A DNA stretch of 32,000 nt from Acholeplasma laidlawii PG-8A (GCF_000018785.1 NC_010163.1:570001-602000), one strand, 5' to 3'. Numbered from the stretch's first letter, positions 1-10,332 are shown. Program-made: numbers and translations. The notes: generated by a model not told the origin, from the letters alone.

Positions 1-2
1 CA

Positions 3-269
3 GGATTAACTAAAGAATTATTCGAACAACAAGCTAAAGAACAAGCTGAAAAACGTGTACTTCAATCTCTAGTAATCGAAGCGATTGCTAAGAAAGAAAA
101 CTTCACTGCTACACCTGAAGAATTAAGTTTGCGTTATGAAGAATTAGCAAACCATTACAAAATGGAAGTTAATGAAATTAAAAAGTATATCTCAGATGAA
201 CTAGTAATGAATGATATCGCATTTGAAAAAGCAGTAACATTCTTAGTAGAAAACGCAGTACAAAAATAA
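3..269 (+). CDS. tig: Trigger factor, C-terminal part (5' truncated by window start)
   Basis: Open frame 3 reads GLTKELFEQQAKEQAEKRVLQSLVIEAIAKKENFTATPEELSLRYEELANHYKMEVNEIKKYISDELVMNDIAFEKAVTFLVENAVQK*, typical of the trigger factor C-terminal domain; followed by a terminator. Confidence 0.8.
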   Translation, partial: GLTKELFEQQAKEQAEKRVLQSLVIEAIAKKENFTATPEELSLRYEELANHYKMEVNEIKKYISDELVMNDIAFEKAVTFLVENAVQK

Positions 270-275
270 ATATAA

Positions 276-308
276 AAGTAGCCTCTGAAGCTTCAGAGGC
301 TTTCTTAT
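276..308 (+). terminator. Rho-independent terminator after tig
   Basis: Perfect 20-nt palindrome GCCTCTGAAGCTTCAGAGGC (281-300) followed by TTTCTTAT. Confidence 0.75.
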
Positions 309-340
309 AACTATAAATATGATAAAAGATGGGATAACGA

Positions 341-367
341 TTGGCACTCATGCATTATGATTGCTAA
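341..367 (+). promoter_or_regulatory. CIRCE-like operator (HrcA site) upstream of lon
   Basis: TTGGCACTC-N9(ATGCATTAT)-GATTGCTAA, compared with CIRCE consensus TTAGCACTC-N9-GAGTGCTAA; 2 of 18 arm positions deviate; exact 9-nt spacer. Confidence 0.85.
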
Positions 368-395
368 TTGACAATTTTATATTATAATATATAAT
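368..395 (+). promoter_or_regulatory. lon promoter
   Basis: TTGACA (368-373), 16-nt spacer, TATAAT (390-395), directly abutting the CIRCE-like site. Confidence 0.75.
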
Positions 396-426
396 AAGAA
401 TATAACCCAGAAAGGGGATCAAAGAT

Positions 427-2739
427 ATGGAATTACAGACAAGTTTACCCGCGATTGTTGTACGTGGTATCGTACCGATTCCTAATAATGATTTTAGAAT
501 TGAAGTTGGCCGTAAAGTATCCCTTAAAGCGATTGAAGAGTCTGAAAAGAGTTTTTCATCTTACGTACTTATATTGGTTCAAAAAAATCCATTAATAGAA
601 AACCCAACAGTTGCTGATATTGAAACTCATGGTGTCTTAGCTAAGATTGCTATGAAGATTAAATTACCTAATAACAACTATAAAATTAAGTTTAATTTAA
701 TGTCTAGAATTAAAGTCAATGAGTACTTTTTAACAGATCCTTACTTTGTAGCAGACTATGAAGAATTAGAATCAAAAGTAGGGGAAATTGAAGAAGAAAC
801 TACATTACTTAAATTAATTACTGATGAAGCTGTTGTAAATGCAAATCAGTTGTTTAATAATGCCCAAGTGATTACATCACAAATTCAATCTGGTTTATCA
901 TCAGATAAAATGGCGGACATTTTAGCATATAATTTAAGAACTCAAGATACTGAAAAATATAAGTATCTAGCTGAATTAAATGTAAATTCAAGACTAAAAT
1001 TAATTTTAGAAGATATTAACCGTCTAAAGATGATTGCTGATTTAGAACAGCGTATTAATGAAGATGTTAAAAAGGCAATTGATGAAAATCAAAAAGAATA
1101 TTATTTAAGAGAAAAAATGCGTGCAATTCAAAATGAATTAGGTGATAAAGCTAAAAAAGAAGATGAAATTGATAAATTAAGAGAAGATATTAAGAAGGCT
1201 AAAATGCCGCTTCATATCGAAGAAAAGGCCCTACAAGAGCTATCTCGTTATCAATCAACACCTTCAGCAATGGCTGAATCTCAAATTATTAAAACTTACC
1301 TAGATTTTCTAGTTGCATTACCTTGGAATGAATCATCAACAGATTTAAATGATTTACAAAAGGTACAAGATAACTTAGATAAGAATCATTATGGTCTGGA
1401 AAATGTTAAAGAACGTATTATTGAATATCTAGCAGTTAAGATGATGACTGGTAGAAATCCACAGACTATTTTATGTTTAGCAGGTCCTCCAGGGGTTGGT
1501 AAAACATCACTTGCAACATCTATTGCAGAAGCTTTAGGTCGTAAGTTTGTTAAACAATCACTAGGTGGCGTTAAAGATGAATCAGAAATACGTGGTCATA
1601 GAAGAACTTACGTAGGCGCTATGCCTGGTCGTATCCTTAAGGGTATGAAGGATGCTGGTACAGTAAATCCTGTCTTCTTATTAGATGAAATTGATAAAAT
1701 GGCATCTGATTATAGAGGGGACCCTGCATCTGCAATGCTTGAAGTATTAGACCCAGAGCAAAATGCTAAATTTAGTGATCACTACTTGGAAGAAAATTAT
1801 GACTTATCTCAAGTATTATTCATTACAACAGCAAACTATCTTGAAAATGTGCCTGCACCTTTAAGAGATCGTATGGAAATTGTAGAACTATCTAGCTATA
1901 CTGAGTATGAAAAAATTCAGATTGCTCAAAAACACTTAGTTAACAAACAATTATCAGCACACGGTTTAGATAGTGATAAATTTACAATTGATGAAGAAAC
2001 ACTTTACTTTATTGTAAGACATTACACTAGAGAAGCTGGTGTTCGTGAGTTAAACCGTTATATTGGTTCTTTAGTACGTAAAGCAATTAAAGAAATTCTT
2101 ATGAAAAAAGCAGATAAAATTCATATCACTAAAGAAAATGTAGAAACATATATAGGTAAACCTAAGTTTGTACATAATTTAGTGGATGAAAAACAACAAA
2201 TTGGTGTTGTGACTGGTCTAGCATATACTGCATTTGGTGGAGACACACTTCCGGTTGAAGTTACTTACTATAAAGGTAAGGGACAACTTGTTTTAACAGG
2301 TAAACTAGGGGATGTCATGAAAGAATCAGCAATTACTGCACTTTCATATGTAAAATCACATGCACTAGAATTTAATTTAGACCCAACGATATTTGAAAAC
2401 AACGACTTCCACGTCCACGTACCAGAAGGAGCAATTCCTAAAGATGGTCCTTCAGCGGGTATTACCATGGCAACTGCGATTATGTCAGCTGCAAGTAAAC
2501 TCTATGTTAGAAAAGACCTTGGTATGACCGGTGAAATTACATTACGCGGTTATGTACTACCAATTGGTGGATTAAAAGAAAAAGCAATTGCTGCTTTAAG
2601 AAGTGGTTTAACTACTATTTTAATTCCAAAACAAAACGTTAAAGATGTTGATGATATTCCAAAAGAAGTTAGAGACAAATTAACAATTATTCCTGTTGAA
2701 AATGTATCTGATGTTTTTGCACAAGCATTGATTAGATAA
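427..2739 (+). CDS. lon: ATP-dependent endopeptidase La (Lon)
   Basis: 770 aa; N-terminal LON domain, Walker [10 protein letters not shown]-terminal protease domain with [10 protein letters not shown] catalytic serine motif; RBS AAAGGGG upstream. Confidence 0.98.
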   Translation: MELQTSLPAIVVRGIVPIPNNDFRIEVGRKVSLKAIEESEKSFSSYVLILVQKNPLIENPTVADIETHGVLAKIAMKIKLPNNNYKIKFNLMSRIKVNEYFLTDPYFVADYEELESKVGEIEEETTLLKLITDEAVVNANQLFNNAQVITSQIQSGLSSDKMADILAYNLRTQDTEKYKYLAELNVNSRLKLILEDINRLKMIADLEQRINEDVKKAIDENQKEYYLREKMRAIQNELGDKAKKEDEIDKLREDIKKAKMPLHIEEKALQELSRYQSTPSAMAESQIIKTYLDFLVALPWNESSTDLNDLQKVQDNLDKNHYGLENVKERIIEYLAVKMMTGRNPQTILCLAGPPGVGKTSLATSIAEALGRKFVKQSLGGVKDESEIRGHRRTYVGAMPGRILKGMKDAGTVNPVFLLDEIDKMASDYRGDPASAMLEVLDPEQNAKFSDHYLEENYDLSQVLFITTANYLENVPAPLRDRMEIVELSSYTEYEKIQIAQKHLVNKQLSAHGLDSDKFTIDEETLYFIVRHYTREAGVRELNRYIGSLVRKAIKEILMKKADKIHITKENVETYIGKPKFVHNLVDEKQQIGVVTGLAYTAFGGDTLPVEVTYYKGKGQLVLTGKLGDVMKESAITALSYVKSHALEFNLDPTIFENNDFHVHVPEGAIPKDGPSAGITMATAIMSAASKLYVRKDLGMTGEITLRGYVLPIGGLKEKAIAALRSGLTTILIPKQNVKDVDDIPKEVRDKLTIIPVENVSDVFAQALIR

Positions 2740-2760
2740 TCTTAAACAATCACTAAAGAT

Positions 2761-2797
2761 AAGAGTGTTATGAACGTCATAACACTCTTATTTTATG
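2761..2797 (+). terminator. Rho-independent terminator after lon
   Basis: 14-bp perfect stem TAAGAGTGTTATGA (2761-2774) / TCATAACACTCTTA (2778-2791), 3-nt loop, followed by TTTTAT. Confidence 0.9.
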
Positions 2798-2863
2798 GGG
2801 TTTAGTAAAATGTGACATTCAATGATTGTAAATATATGATACAATAAGATAAGAGGTAAAATT

Positions 2864-3436
2864 ATGATTAAACAAGCAGAATTTATTACATCGGCCGTTT
2901 CTATTACGGACTTGCCTAAAGATGATTTCGACCATTTTTTAATACTTGGTCGCTCAAATGTAGGTAAATCTTCATTAATAAATGCCATTACAAATCGTAA
3001 AAAATTAGCAAGAGTGTCTCAAACACCTGGTAAAACGATTACGTTAAATTTATATTTACTAAATCAAAGTTTGTATTTAGTAGATGCCCCTGGTTATGGC
3101 TATGCGAAACGTTCTAAAACTCAAACTTTAACTTTTATGAGAATGATTAATGAATATATCCAGTTAAATGGTCACTTAAAAAAAATTATTTTATTGGTGG
3201 ATTTTAATATTGGACCAACTCAAGATGATTTAGATATGTATATTGAATTACAGGCGTTTGATGTAGACATTATTGTCGTTACAACAAAGTACGATAAGGT
3301 CAAATCATCACATAGACTTAAACAAGAAAAAGTGATTAGATCTAAGTTTTTTGAAGGACAAAAAATATACTTCACATCAAGTGAAACAAAGTTTGGAATT
3401 GATAAATTAATTAATGAGGAGTTTAGTAATGAATAA
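2864..3436 (+). CDS. engB: Ribosome biogenesis GTP-binding protein YihA/YsxC/EngB
   Basis: GRSNVGKSSLINAI (G1), TPGKT (G2), DAPGYGYAKR (G3), TKYDKVK (G4); about 190 aa. Confidence 0.95.
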   Translation: MIKQAEFITSAVSITDLPKDDFDHFLILGRSNVGKSSLINAITNRKKLARVSQTPGKTITLNLYLLNQSLYLVDAPGYGYAKRSKTQTLTFMRMINEYIQLNGHLKKIILLVDFNIGPTQDDLDMYIELQAFDVDIIVVTTKYDKVKSSHRLKQEKVIRSKFFEGQKIYFTSSETKFGIDKLINEEFSNE

Positions 3437-4277
3437 AATCTTAATTACTACAGATTCAACTGCGGACTTAAGTCCAGAAATATTGGAAACTAGAAACATT
3501 AAAATCGTGCCATTATATGTACGTTTTAATGATGAATCCTATAAAGATAGCATAGATATTACAACCCCTGAACTCTATAAAAAAGTTGAAACTTATGGGT
3601 TTTTACCAAAGACACAAGCGGCTAGTCCCGGAGATTTCGAGGTATTTTTTAAAAAGTTTTTGGATGAAGGTTATAAAATTGTTCATATTTCTATTGGTTC
3701 TAAAATATCGGCAACCTATAAATCAGCTTTACTAGCTATTGATTTATTAGAAACAAAAGATGTTTACGTCATTGATTCAGCAAATCTATCTAGTGGGATT
3801 GCATTACTAGTCCTTAAAGCATCCGATTTAAAAGATCAAGGCTTAAGTGCTGAAGAAATCCATCAAGAAATAACAAAATTAGTACCTAAGGTAAGTAGCC
3901 AATTTGCAATTAAGACATTAGACTACCTTCATAAAGGCGGACGTGCAAGTGGCTTAAGTGCATTTGTGGGTTCAGTACTACGTATTAAGCCAATCATTCA
4001 AGTGAATGATGGTAAACTTGATGTCTATAAAAAGTCAGTTGGTAAGATGTCAAAAGCACTTGATGTGATGATTGATGATCTTGTGAACTTAAATGGCGAA
4101 ATAGATGATACTTATGTATTCATTACGCATTCACTTGCTCCAGATTCATTTGAATACATTAAAAATAGAGTAGAAAAAGAAGTTAAAGTGAAACATATAT
4201 TAGAAGGTCATGCTGGCTGTGTGATATCCAGTCACTGTGGCGAAGGAACAATCGGTATTTTATATATAAAAAGGTAG
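3429..4277 (+). CDS. DegV family (fatty-acid-binding FakB-like) protein
   Basis: ILITTDSTADLSPEI, HISIGSKISATYKSA, LDYLHKGGRASG, THSLAPD, HAGCVISSHCGEGTIGILY. The ORF track opens at 3414, but the ATG at 3429, preceded by GAGGAG, is the better start and overlaps the engB stop. Confidence 0.9.
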   Translation: MNKILITTDSTADLSPEILETRNIKIVPLYVRFNDESYKDSIDITTPELYKKVETYGFLPKTQAASPGDFEVFFKKFLDEGYKIVHISIGSKISATYKSALLAIDLLETKDVYVIDSANLSSGIALLVLKASDLKDQGLSAEEIHQEITKLVPKVSSQFAIKTLDYLHKGGRASGLSAFVGSVLRIKPIIQVNDGKLDVYKKSVGKMSKALDVMIDDLVNLNGEIDDTYVFITHSLAPDSFEYIKNRVEKEVKVKHILEGHAGCVISSHCGEGTIGILYIKR

Positions 4278-4285
4278 GTAAACAT

Positions 4286-4927
4286 ATGAAAATAGCAGTT
4301 ATAGGTGCATCAGGGTTTATCGGGGAAAATATAGTAAATGAAGCACTAAGTAAAGGTCATGAAGTGGTAGGGATTTTTAGAAGAAATAGTATTCCTGCTC
4401 AAAATAATCTTACACTTAAAAAATTAACAATTTTTGATGAAGCTGATTTTGAAGCGGCTATTAAAGATTGTGATGTGATTGTATCCGCATATAATCCGGG
4501 ATATTATCATGTGGCTCAAGCAGAACGTTTTTTAGATGGTTATAAAGTCATATTTAACATGGCTAAAAAGTTAAATAAGCATGTGATTGCTGTCATTGGT
4601 GCAACCACACTCATCCAATATGATGGTGAATTAGTCAAAGATAGTTTAGTATTTCCAAAACCATGGATTAAAGCATTAGAAGGAACAGACAGGGTATTTG
4701 AAACTTATAAAGGTGATACATCTTTAAAGGTTACATTTGTGTCTCCTGCAGCTGAAGTTTTTGATGGTCCACTTACTAAACAATATGTTTATGGTAAAGA
4801 TCATCTCATATATGACAGTTTAGAACGTTCTAGAATATCTGTTAAAGATTTAGCACACGCGATTATATTAGAATGTGAACATCCAAAATTTGTAAATTCT
4901 AGATTTACAATTGCATATCAAAATTAA
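4286..4927 (+). CDS. NAD(P)-binding, NAD-dependent epimerase/NmrA-like (YwnB-type) protein
   Basis: N-terminal KIAVIGASGFIGENIVNEALSKGHEVVGIFRR Rossmann motif, 213 aa. Confidence 0.8.
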   Translation: MKIAVIGASGFIGENIVNEALSKGHEVVGIFRRNSIPAQNNLTLKKLTIFDEADFEAAIKDCDVIVSAYNPGYYHVAQAERFLDGYKVIFNMAKKLNKHVIAVIGATTLIQYDGELVKDSLVFPKPWIKALEGTDRVFETYKGDTSLKVTFVSPAAEVFDGPLTKQYVYGKDHLIYDSLERSRISVKDLAHAIILECEHPKFVNSRFTIAYQN

Positions 4928-4939
4928 TTAGTATATAAT
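4911..4939 (+). promoter_or_regulatory. Promoter of the T-box/GNAT/valS transcript
   Basis: TTGCAT (4911-4916), 17-nt spacer, TATAAT (4934-4939); lies over the 3' end of the preceding CDS. Confidence 0.6.
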
Positions 4940-4945
4940 ATTAGA

Positions 4946-5192
4946 AACGCTATGAAGTGAAAAAGTAATTTATAATAAAATCATAAAAGAGATTAAGAGA
5001 ATTGGTGAAACTCTTATACCCTATAAATGAAAGTCATCACTGAGCGGATTAGGTGAAATTAATTTAGTAGCTTAATTCGGAGTAACTTTACGTTATAAAA
5101 GTTCAATGAAGGTGCACAATTTATTTTGTGAACTAAGGTGGTACCGCGAATTTTCGTCCTTAGGCTGTTTATCAGTCTAGGGATTTTTATTT
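4946..5192 (+). promoter_or_regulatory. T-box leader (tRNA-Val responsive, specifier GUC)
   Basis: T-box core AAGGTGGTACCGCG (5135-5148); Stem I specifier loop recognisable as AGTGA-aaaAGTA-ATTTA ... TAAAT-GAAaGTCa-TCACT, with specifier GTC at 5033-5035 followed by A; terminator stem CCTTAGGCTG/CAGTCTAGGG then TTTTTATTT; valS lies in the downstream operon. Confidence 0.95.
5158..5192 (+). terminator. T-box regulated terminator hairpin
   Basis: CCTTAGGCTG-TTTAT-CAGTCTAGGG (with G-U pairs), followed by ATTTTTATTT. Confidence 0.85.
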
Positions 5193-5202
5193 AGGAGGCT
5201 AT

Positions 5203-5763
5203 ATGCTGCCAATACTTGAAGGAAAAAGAGTTGTTTTAAGAAGTCCTAATGAAAAGGATTTAGTCTCATTTTTTTACTTTGCTTCTAAAGATAGTATTGG
5301 ACCAAATGCAGGATGGTTTCCACATAGAAATCTTGATGAGACACGTTCTATACTAAACTTACACATCAAAGAAGCTAATCTTTGGGCTATTACACTACGT
5401 GAAAATGATGTCATGATTGGTACAATTAGCCTAAATAATCTATCAAATGATCGCTTTTTTGGTAAGGGTGCTGAAATTGGATTTGTATTAGATGATACCT
5501 ATTGGAATCAAGGTATTGTTACAGAGGCTGTTTTGGTTGTTATGAATTATGTCTTTAGAGAATTAAAGTTTGATTATTTAAAGGTAGCACATGCTGATTT
5601 TAATATAGCAAGTAAGAAAGTTATATTAAAATCTGGATTTAAATTTGTATATAAAAAACATAAGCGATATATAGAAAATCCTAATATTAATTATGTTTTA
5701 TACTATGAAATTTCAAAAAAGGAGTTTTTCGAACATGAAAACAGAACTACAGACGAAATATGA
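5203..5763 (+). CDS. GNAT family N-acetyltransferase (RimJ/RimL type)
   Basis: ILEGKRVVLRSPNEKDL, WAITLRENDVMIGTISLNN, GAEIGFVLDDTYWNQGIVTEAVLVVMNYVF, HADFNIASKKVILKSGF; GGAGG RBS at about 5193. Confidence 0.9.
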   Translation: MLPILEGKRVVLRSPNEKDLVSFFYFASKDSIGPNAGWFPHRNLDETRSILNLHIKEANLWAITLRENDVMIGTISLNNLSNDRFFGKGAEIGFVLDDTYWNQGIVTEAVLVVMNYVFRELKFDYLKVAHADFNIASKKVILKSGFKFVYKKHKRYIENPNINYVLYYEISKKEFFEHENRTTDEI

Positions 5764-8314
5764 TTTTAAATCGGTTGAAGAGGGCAGATATGACTTTTGG
5801 TTAAAAGAAGGTTTTTTTGAATCTGGTAAAGATTTAAATAAAACACCTTTTACAGTTGTAATTCCACCGCCAAACGTCACTGGAAAGCTTCATTTAGGAC
5901 ACGCTTGGGATACGGCAATTCAAGATATTATTATTAGACGTAAACGTATGCAAGGCTTTGATGCATTATACTTACCTGGTATGGACCATGCAGGTATTGC
6001 AACTCAAGCACGTATTGATGATAGATTGAAGAGTCAAGGTATTTCTAGATATGATCTTGGTAGAGAAAAATATCTTGTTAAAGCTTGGGAGTGGAAAGAA
6101 GAATATTCTCTTCATATTAGAGCTCAGTGGAAAGCACTTGGTTTATCACTTGATTACACCAAAGAAAGATTTACACTGGATGAAAAGTTAAATGAGGCTG
6201 TAAATAAAGTATTTATTACTCTATATAATAAGGGTTGGATTTATCGTGGTTATAGAATTATTAACTGGGATTGCCAAGCTAAAACAGCTTTATCTAATAT
6301 TGAAGTTGAGTACGAAGAAACACAAGGTAACTTATATCACTTTACTTACCCATTTGTAGATATGGATGGTGGATTAACCATTGCAACTACACGTCCTGAA
6401 ACAATGTTTGCTGACCAAGCTTTAATGGTTCATCCTGAAGATGAGCGTTATAAAAAGTATATTGGTAAACTTGTTTATATACCTGGAACAAATACAAAAA
6501 TACCAGTCATTGAAGATGATTATGTAGATAAAGCATTTGGTACAGGTGTTGTTAAGGTTACTCCAGCACACGATCCTAATGACTATGAAGTTGCTAAAAG
6601 ACATAACTTAGAAATGCCTTTATGTATGAATGAAGATGGTACTATGAATGAACTTGCACTCAAATATGTAGGTCAAGATAGATTTGAGTGCCGTAAAAAC
6701 GTCGTTAAAGATTTACAAGCATTAAATCTATGCCCTAAAGTAGAACCTTACACTCACCAAGTGGGTTACTCAGAACGTACAGGTGTTATGGTTGAACCAA
6801 GATTATCTCTACAATGGTTTGTAGATATGAAAGGTTTAACTGAACAAACTCTAAAAATGAATCAAGTAAATTTTGTACCCGAGCGTTTTAAAAATACATT
6901 TGAAAACTGGTTAAATAATATCCAAGACTGGACAATATCACGTCAACTATGGTGGGGACATAGAATTCCAGCATGGTTTAAGGGTGATGAAGTTAAAGTT
7001 CAAGTCGAATCACCAGGCGTTGACTGGACACAAGATGAAGACGTTCTTGATACTTGGTTTTCAAGTGCATTATGGCCATTTTCAACACTTGGTTGGCCAA
7101 ATGAAGACGATCCGAACTTCAAACGCTATTACCCTACAGATGTTTTAGTAACAGGATATGATATTATTTTCTTCTGGGTTGCTAGAATGATGTTCCAAGG
7201 CCTTGAATTCACTAAAAAAGACCCATTTAAGACCGTATTACTGCACGGACTCATCAGAGATGAGCAAGGTAGAAAAATGTCTAAATCATTAAATAATGGT
7301 GTAGATCCTATGGATGTAATTGACAAGTATGGTGTCGATGCACTAAGATTTTTCATTGTATCTAATGCTGCACCAGGACAAGATACAAGATATGATATTA
7401 CAAAAATTGAGTCGAGTTGGAACTTCATTAATAAATTATGGAATATTACAAGATTCGTATCCTTAAATATTAAAGATAAATCTTTAGTTATCGATGAAGA
7501 TAGATTAAATGTATTTGATAAATGGATTCTTACAAGACTAAGTGAAACAATTACTGAAGCAGATAAATACTATGAACGCTTTGAGTTTAATGAAGCATCT
7601 AGGGTACTTACAAACTTTATTTGGGAAGAATTCGCAAATTGGTACTTAGAAATTTCTAAAGTATCACTACAAGACCCAAAAATAGAACAAAATACACAAG
7701 CAGTTCTAATCTATGTACTTAAAGATATTCTTAAATTATTACACCCTTTCTTACCATTTGTTACAGATAAGTTATACATGGATATTTTTAATGAAAACTC
7801 AGTAATGATTGCTCAGTGGCCAGTAGTAAAATATAAATTTAACCAAATTGATCTCGTTAAAGAAATTCAAGATGTGATTGTAAAGGTAAGGAATCTTAGA
7901 AATGAATATCAAGTTGCACCATCAAAACCGATTGATGTTACACTTGAAATCAAATCTATGGAAATGATTGAGGAAGTTAAGTTATATGAAAACTACCTAA
8001 CTAAATTCTTGAATACAAAAGCACTAGCGTATGAAACCAGTGTAGATTCAAGTGATATGATTTTTATTGCAGGTACACATATCAATATCTATATTGAAAA
8101 ATCAGATATGATTGATTTAGAACAAGAAAAAGCATCATTATTAAAGCAAAAAGACACTTTAGAAAAGGAGCTTGAAAGATCTAAGGGATTACTTTCTAAC
8201 GTAAACTTTACCTCAAAAGCGCCACAAGCTAAAATCGACATTGAACAAAGAAAGTATGACGACTATAAGAAACAATATGATGATGTCGTTGAAATGTTAA
8301 AGAAATATGTTTAA
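5735..8314 (+). CDS. valS: Valyl-tRNA synthetase
   Basis: PPPNVTGKLHLGHAW (HIGH-type motif), GRKMSKSLNNGVDP (KMSKS), C-terminal coiled coil; T-box specifier is Val. The ORF opens at 5693, but the ATG at 5735, preceded by AAAAAAGGAG, is the probable start. Confidence 0.97.
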   Translation: MKTELQTKYDFKSVEEGRYDFWLKEGFFESGKDLNKTPFTVVIPPPNVTGKLHLGHAWDTAIQDIIIRRKRMQGFDALYLPGMDHAGIATQARIDDRLKSQGISRYDLGREKYLVKAWEWKEEYSLHIRAQWKALGLSLDYTKERFTLDEKLNEAVNKVFITLYNKGWIYRGYRIINWDCQAKTALSNIEVEYEETQGNLYHFTYPFVDMDGGLTIATTRPETMFADQALMVHPEDERYKKYIGKLVYIPGTNTKIPVIEDDYVDKAFGTGVVKVTPAHDPNDYEVAKRHNLEMPLCMNEDGTMNELALKYVGQDRFECRKNVVKDLQALNLCPKVEPYTHQVGYSERTGVMVEPRLSLQWFVDMKGLTEQTLKMNQVNFVPERFKNTFENWLNNIQDWTISRQLWWGHRIPAWFKGDEVKVQVESPGVDWTQDEDVLDTWFSSALWPFSTLGWPNEDDPNFKRYYPTDVLVTGYDIIFFWVARMMFQGLEFTKKDPFKTVLLHGLIRDEQGRKMSKSLNNGVDPMDVIDKYGVDALRFFIVSNAAPGQDTRYDITKIESSWNFINKLWNITRFVSLNIKDKSLVIDEDRLNVFDKWILTRLSETITEADKYYERFEFNEASRVLTNFIWEEFANWYLEISKVSLQDPKIEQNTQAVLIYVLKDILKLLHPFLPFVTDKLYMDIFNENSVMIAQWPVVKYKFNQIDLVKEIQDVIVKVRNLRNEYQVAPSKPIDVTLEIKSMEMIEEVKLYENYLTKFLNTKALAYETSVDSSDMIFIAGTHINIYIEKSDMIDLEQEKASLLKQKDTLEKELERSKGLLSNVNFTSKAPQAKIDIEQRKYDDYKKQYDDVVEMLKKYV

Positions 8315-9542
8315 ACAACTTGATGAAGCAGTAAATTGGATAGAAACACAAATAAAGTTTAGACCTAAAACAAGCCTAGATCATATGAAGGATGCCTTAA
8401 GCATCCTTCAGCTTGATTTAAGCGGTATCAAAAAGATTCATGTCACTGGTACAAATGGTAAGGGCTCAGTTTGTATGATGACTACTCAAGTACTGGTTGA
8501 ATCCGGTATCCGCGTAGGAACTTTCATATCACCTTATTTGGTACGCTTTAACGAACGCATTAAACTCAATGGTAAAGATATAGAAGATAATGATTTATTG
8601 GATTCTATTAATAAAGTTTATGAGCTAAACAATGCATATTTTGAACATAGTGGGCTAACACTATCGTTTTTTGAACTGATGACTCTCATGTCACTGATTT
8701 ACTTTGTAGATAATAAGGTCGATGTTATCGTGATGGAAGTTGGTATTGGTGGTCTCTTAGATGCTACAAATATATTAAATTATGATGTCTCAGTCATTAC
8801 CAATGTTGGAATGGATCATATGCGTCAATTAGGTAATACATTAGAATCGATTGCATTAAACAAACTTGGCATTTTAAAAGAAAAGGGTCACTTAATTACG
8901 AGTATCGACAGTGGATTACATGATTTAGTTAAGGATTATGTATCAAAAATGCATTCAACACTTAAAATTATTCAAAAACATGATGTAACCACTATATCCG
9001 AGTTTCCTCACAAAATTGAATATAATCACCAAATATATAAACTATCATTGTTAGGCGAGTTTCAAAACACTAATGCAGCGCTTGTTATAGAAGTTATTAA
9101 ATATTTATTTCCAAATATAACTGAGCAAACAATTAGTGAAGGTTTAAGTAAAACTGAACACCCAGGACGCTTAGAAACAGTGTTGCCTGGAGTGGTTTTA
9201 GATGGTGCCCATAATATTCATGCAATTAAGGAAGTCATTTTTTCGCTAAAATCTATTTTTAAAGTGTATAATATACATGTACTATTCAGTGCACTATCTG
9301 ATAAAGAGCCTGAAGTGATGCTAAATGAACTCAAAAAATATGCAACAACCATCACTTTGACTGCTTTTCCGGATGCTCGTTATAAAAACCTAGATTTTCT
9401 TCCCTTTAACTTTGAATTGAATCCTAAAACAGCTTTAAAAAATTTAATCAAGAACAAAAAAGAAAATGACGTTATTTTTATAACTGGTAGTTTGCACTTT
9501 ATTGGGTATATGAAAAAGGAAATTATTCCGTACTTTAAATAA
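8307..9542 (+). CDS. folC: Folylpolyglutamate synthase / dihydrofolate synthase (Mur ligase family)
   Basis: VTGTNGKGSVCMMTTQVL, GIRVGTFISPYLVRFNERI, EVGIGGLLDATN, PGRLETVLPGVVLDGAHN; overlaps the valS end by 8 nt. Confidence 0.93.
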   Translation: MFKQLDEAVNWIETQIKFRPKTSLDHMKDALSILQLDLSGIKKIHVTGTNGKGSVCMMTTQVLVESGIRVGTFISPYLVRFNERIKLNGKDIEDNDLLDSINKVYELNNAYFEHSGLTLSFFELMTLMSLIYFVDNKVDVIVMEVGIGGLLDATNILNYDVSVITNVGMDHMRQLGNTLESIALNKLGILKEKGHLITSIDSGLHDLVKDYVSKMHSTLKIIQKHDVTTISEFPHKIEYNHQIYKLSLLGEFQNTNAALVIEVIKYLFPNITEQTISEGLSKTEHPGRLETVLPGVVLDGAHNIHAIKEVIFSLKSIFKVYNIHVLFSALSDKEPEVMLNELKKYATTITLTAFPDARYKNLDFLPFNFELNPKTALKNLIKNKKENDVIFITGSLHFIGYMKKEIIPYFK

Positions 9543-9552
9543 GGTGATATAT

Positions 9553-10332
9553 ATGTTAATTAACCAGGTATTAATCTATTCAGAAAATCATAATGTTAAT
9601 AACCCCAAAGGTACTGTCATTTTTACACATGGCATTGCTTTACACTCTATCTACTATAGAAAAATGGCTGAACTACTTAATGAAGCTGGTTTTTCTGTTG
9701 TTTTGTATGATGTTAGAGGTCATGGTAAATCTCAAGGTAAAAGAGGAGATATTAAAAGTATTTACCAGTTTACTTCAGATTTATATGAACTTATAGAACA
9801 GACAAAAAAAGTCTATGATGCACCTATATACTTATTAGGCCACTCCATGGGTGGTATTATTACAAAAGTATATGCAACACTGTATGATAACTTTGAGGGA
9901 ACTATTATTATGTCTAGTCCTACAAGTGCACAAAGACTAGGTCTTGTGAGTTTACTCCCAAGTTTTTTATTTGGATCATTCAAAATTAATACAGATTTTA
10001 CGGATACAAGATTATCTCACTTTCCTCCATCAGATAATGTAGATCCGTATGCTTTAAAACATTTTACTTTTAGATTGATTATTCAAACCCTTAAAGTAGG
10101 TACTAAGCATATTGAAAAGCGAATTCAAGACTATAAGAAGCCTGTACTAATCTTACATGGTTCAGAAGATAAATTAGTAAGTCCTGAGATGTCAAAACAT
10201 TTCTTTGATAGTATTAAGCACAACGATAAAAAGTTAGCTATCATTGAAGGTGGTTATCATAATCTAAATTATGATACTGTGACTGAAAAAACGGTAGAAG
10301 AAATAGTTTCTTGGCTTAATCATCAAATTTAA
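9553..10332 (+). CDS. Alpha/beta hydrolase (monoacylglycerol lipase/lysophospholipase-like)
   Basis: GHSMGG nucleophile elbow, YDVRGHGKSQGKRGD, LHGSEDKLVSPEMS, EGGYHNL. ATG 9553 preceded by AAGGTGA (track start 9544 is a GTG). Confidence 0.85.
   Translation: MLINQVLIYSENHNVNNPKGTVIFTHGIALHSIYYRKMAELLNEAGFSVVLYDVRGHGKSQGKRGDIKSIYQFTSDLYELIEQTKKVYDAPIYLLGHSMGGIITKVYATLYDNFEGTIIMSSPTSAQRLGLVSLLPSFLFGSFKINTDFTDTRLSHFPPSDNVDPYALKHFTFRLIIQTLKVGTKHIEKRIQDYKKPVLILHGSEDKLVSPEMSKHFFDSIKHNDKKLAIIEGGYHNLNYDTVTEKTVEEIVSWLNHQI

Noticed and set aside
2268-2468. Small ORFs on the opposite strand or alternate frame of real genes (2268-, 2788-, 6422-, 7129-, 9593+, 11913-, 12638+, 13362+, 13656+, 17716+, 19014-, 20985-, 26560-)
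   Set aside because: All lie wholly or largely inside confidently assigned genes, show no family resemblance and have implausible composition; treated as spurious.
4941-5202. Possible small ORF or second tRNA-like element in the valS leader
   Set aside because: The region is fully explained by T-box architecture (Stem I, specifier GUC, T-box core, terminator).
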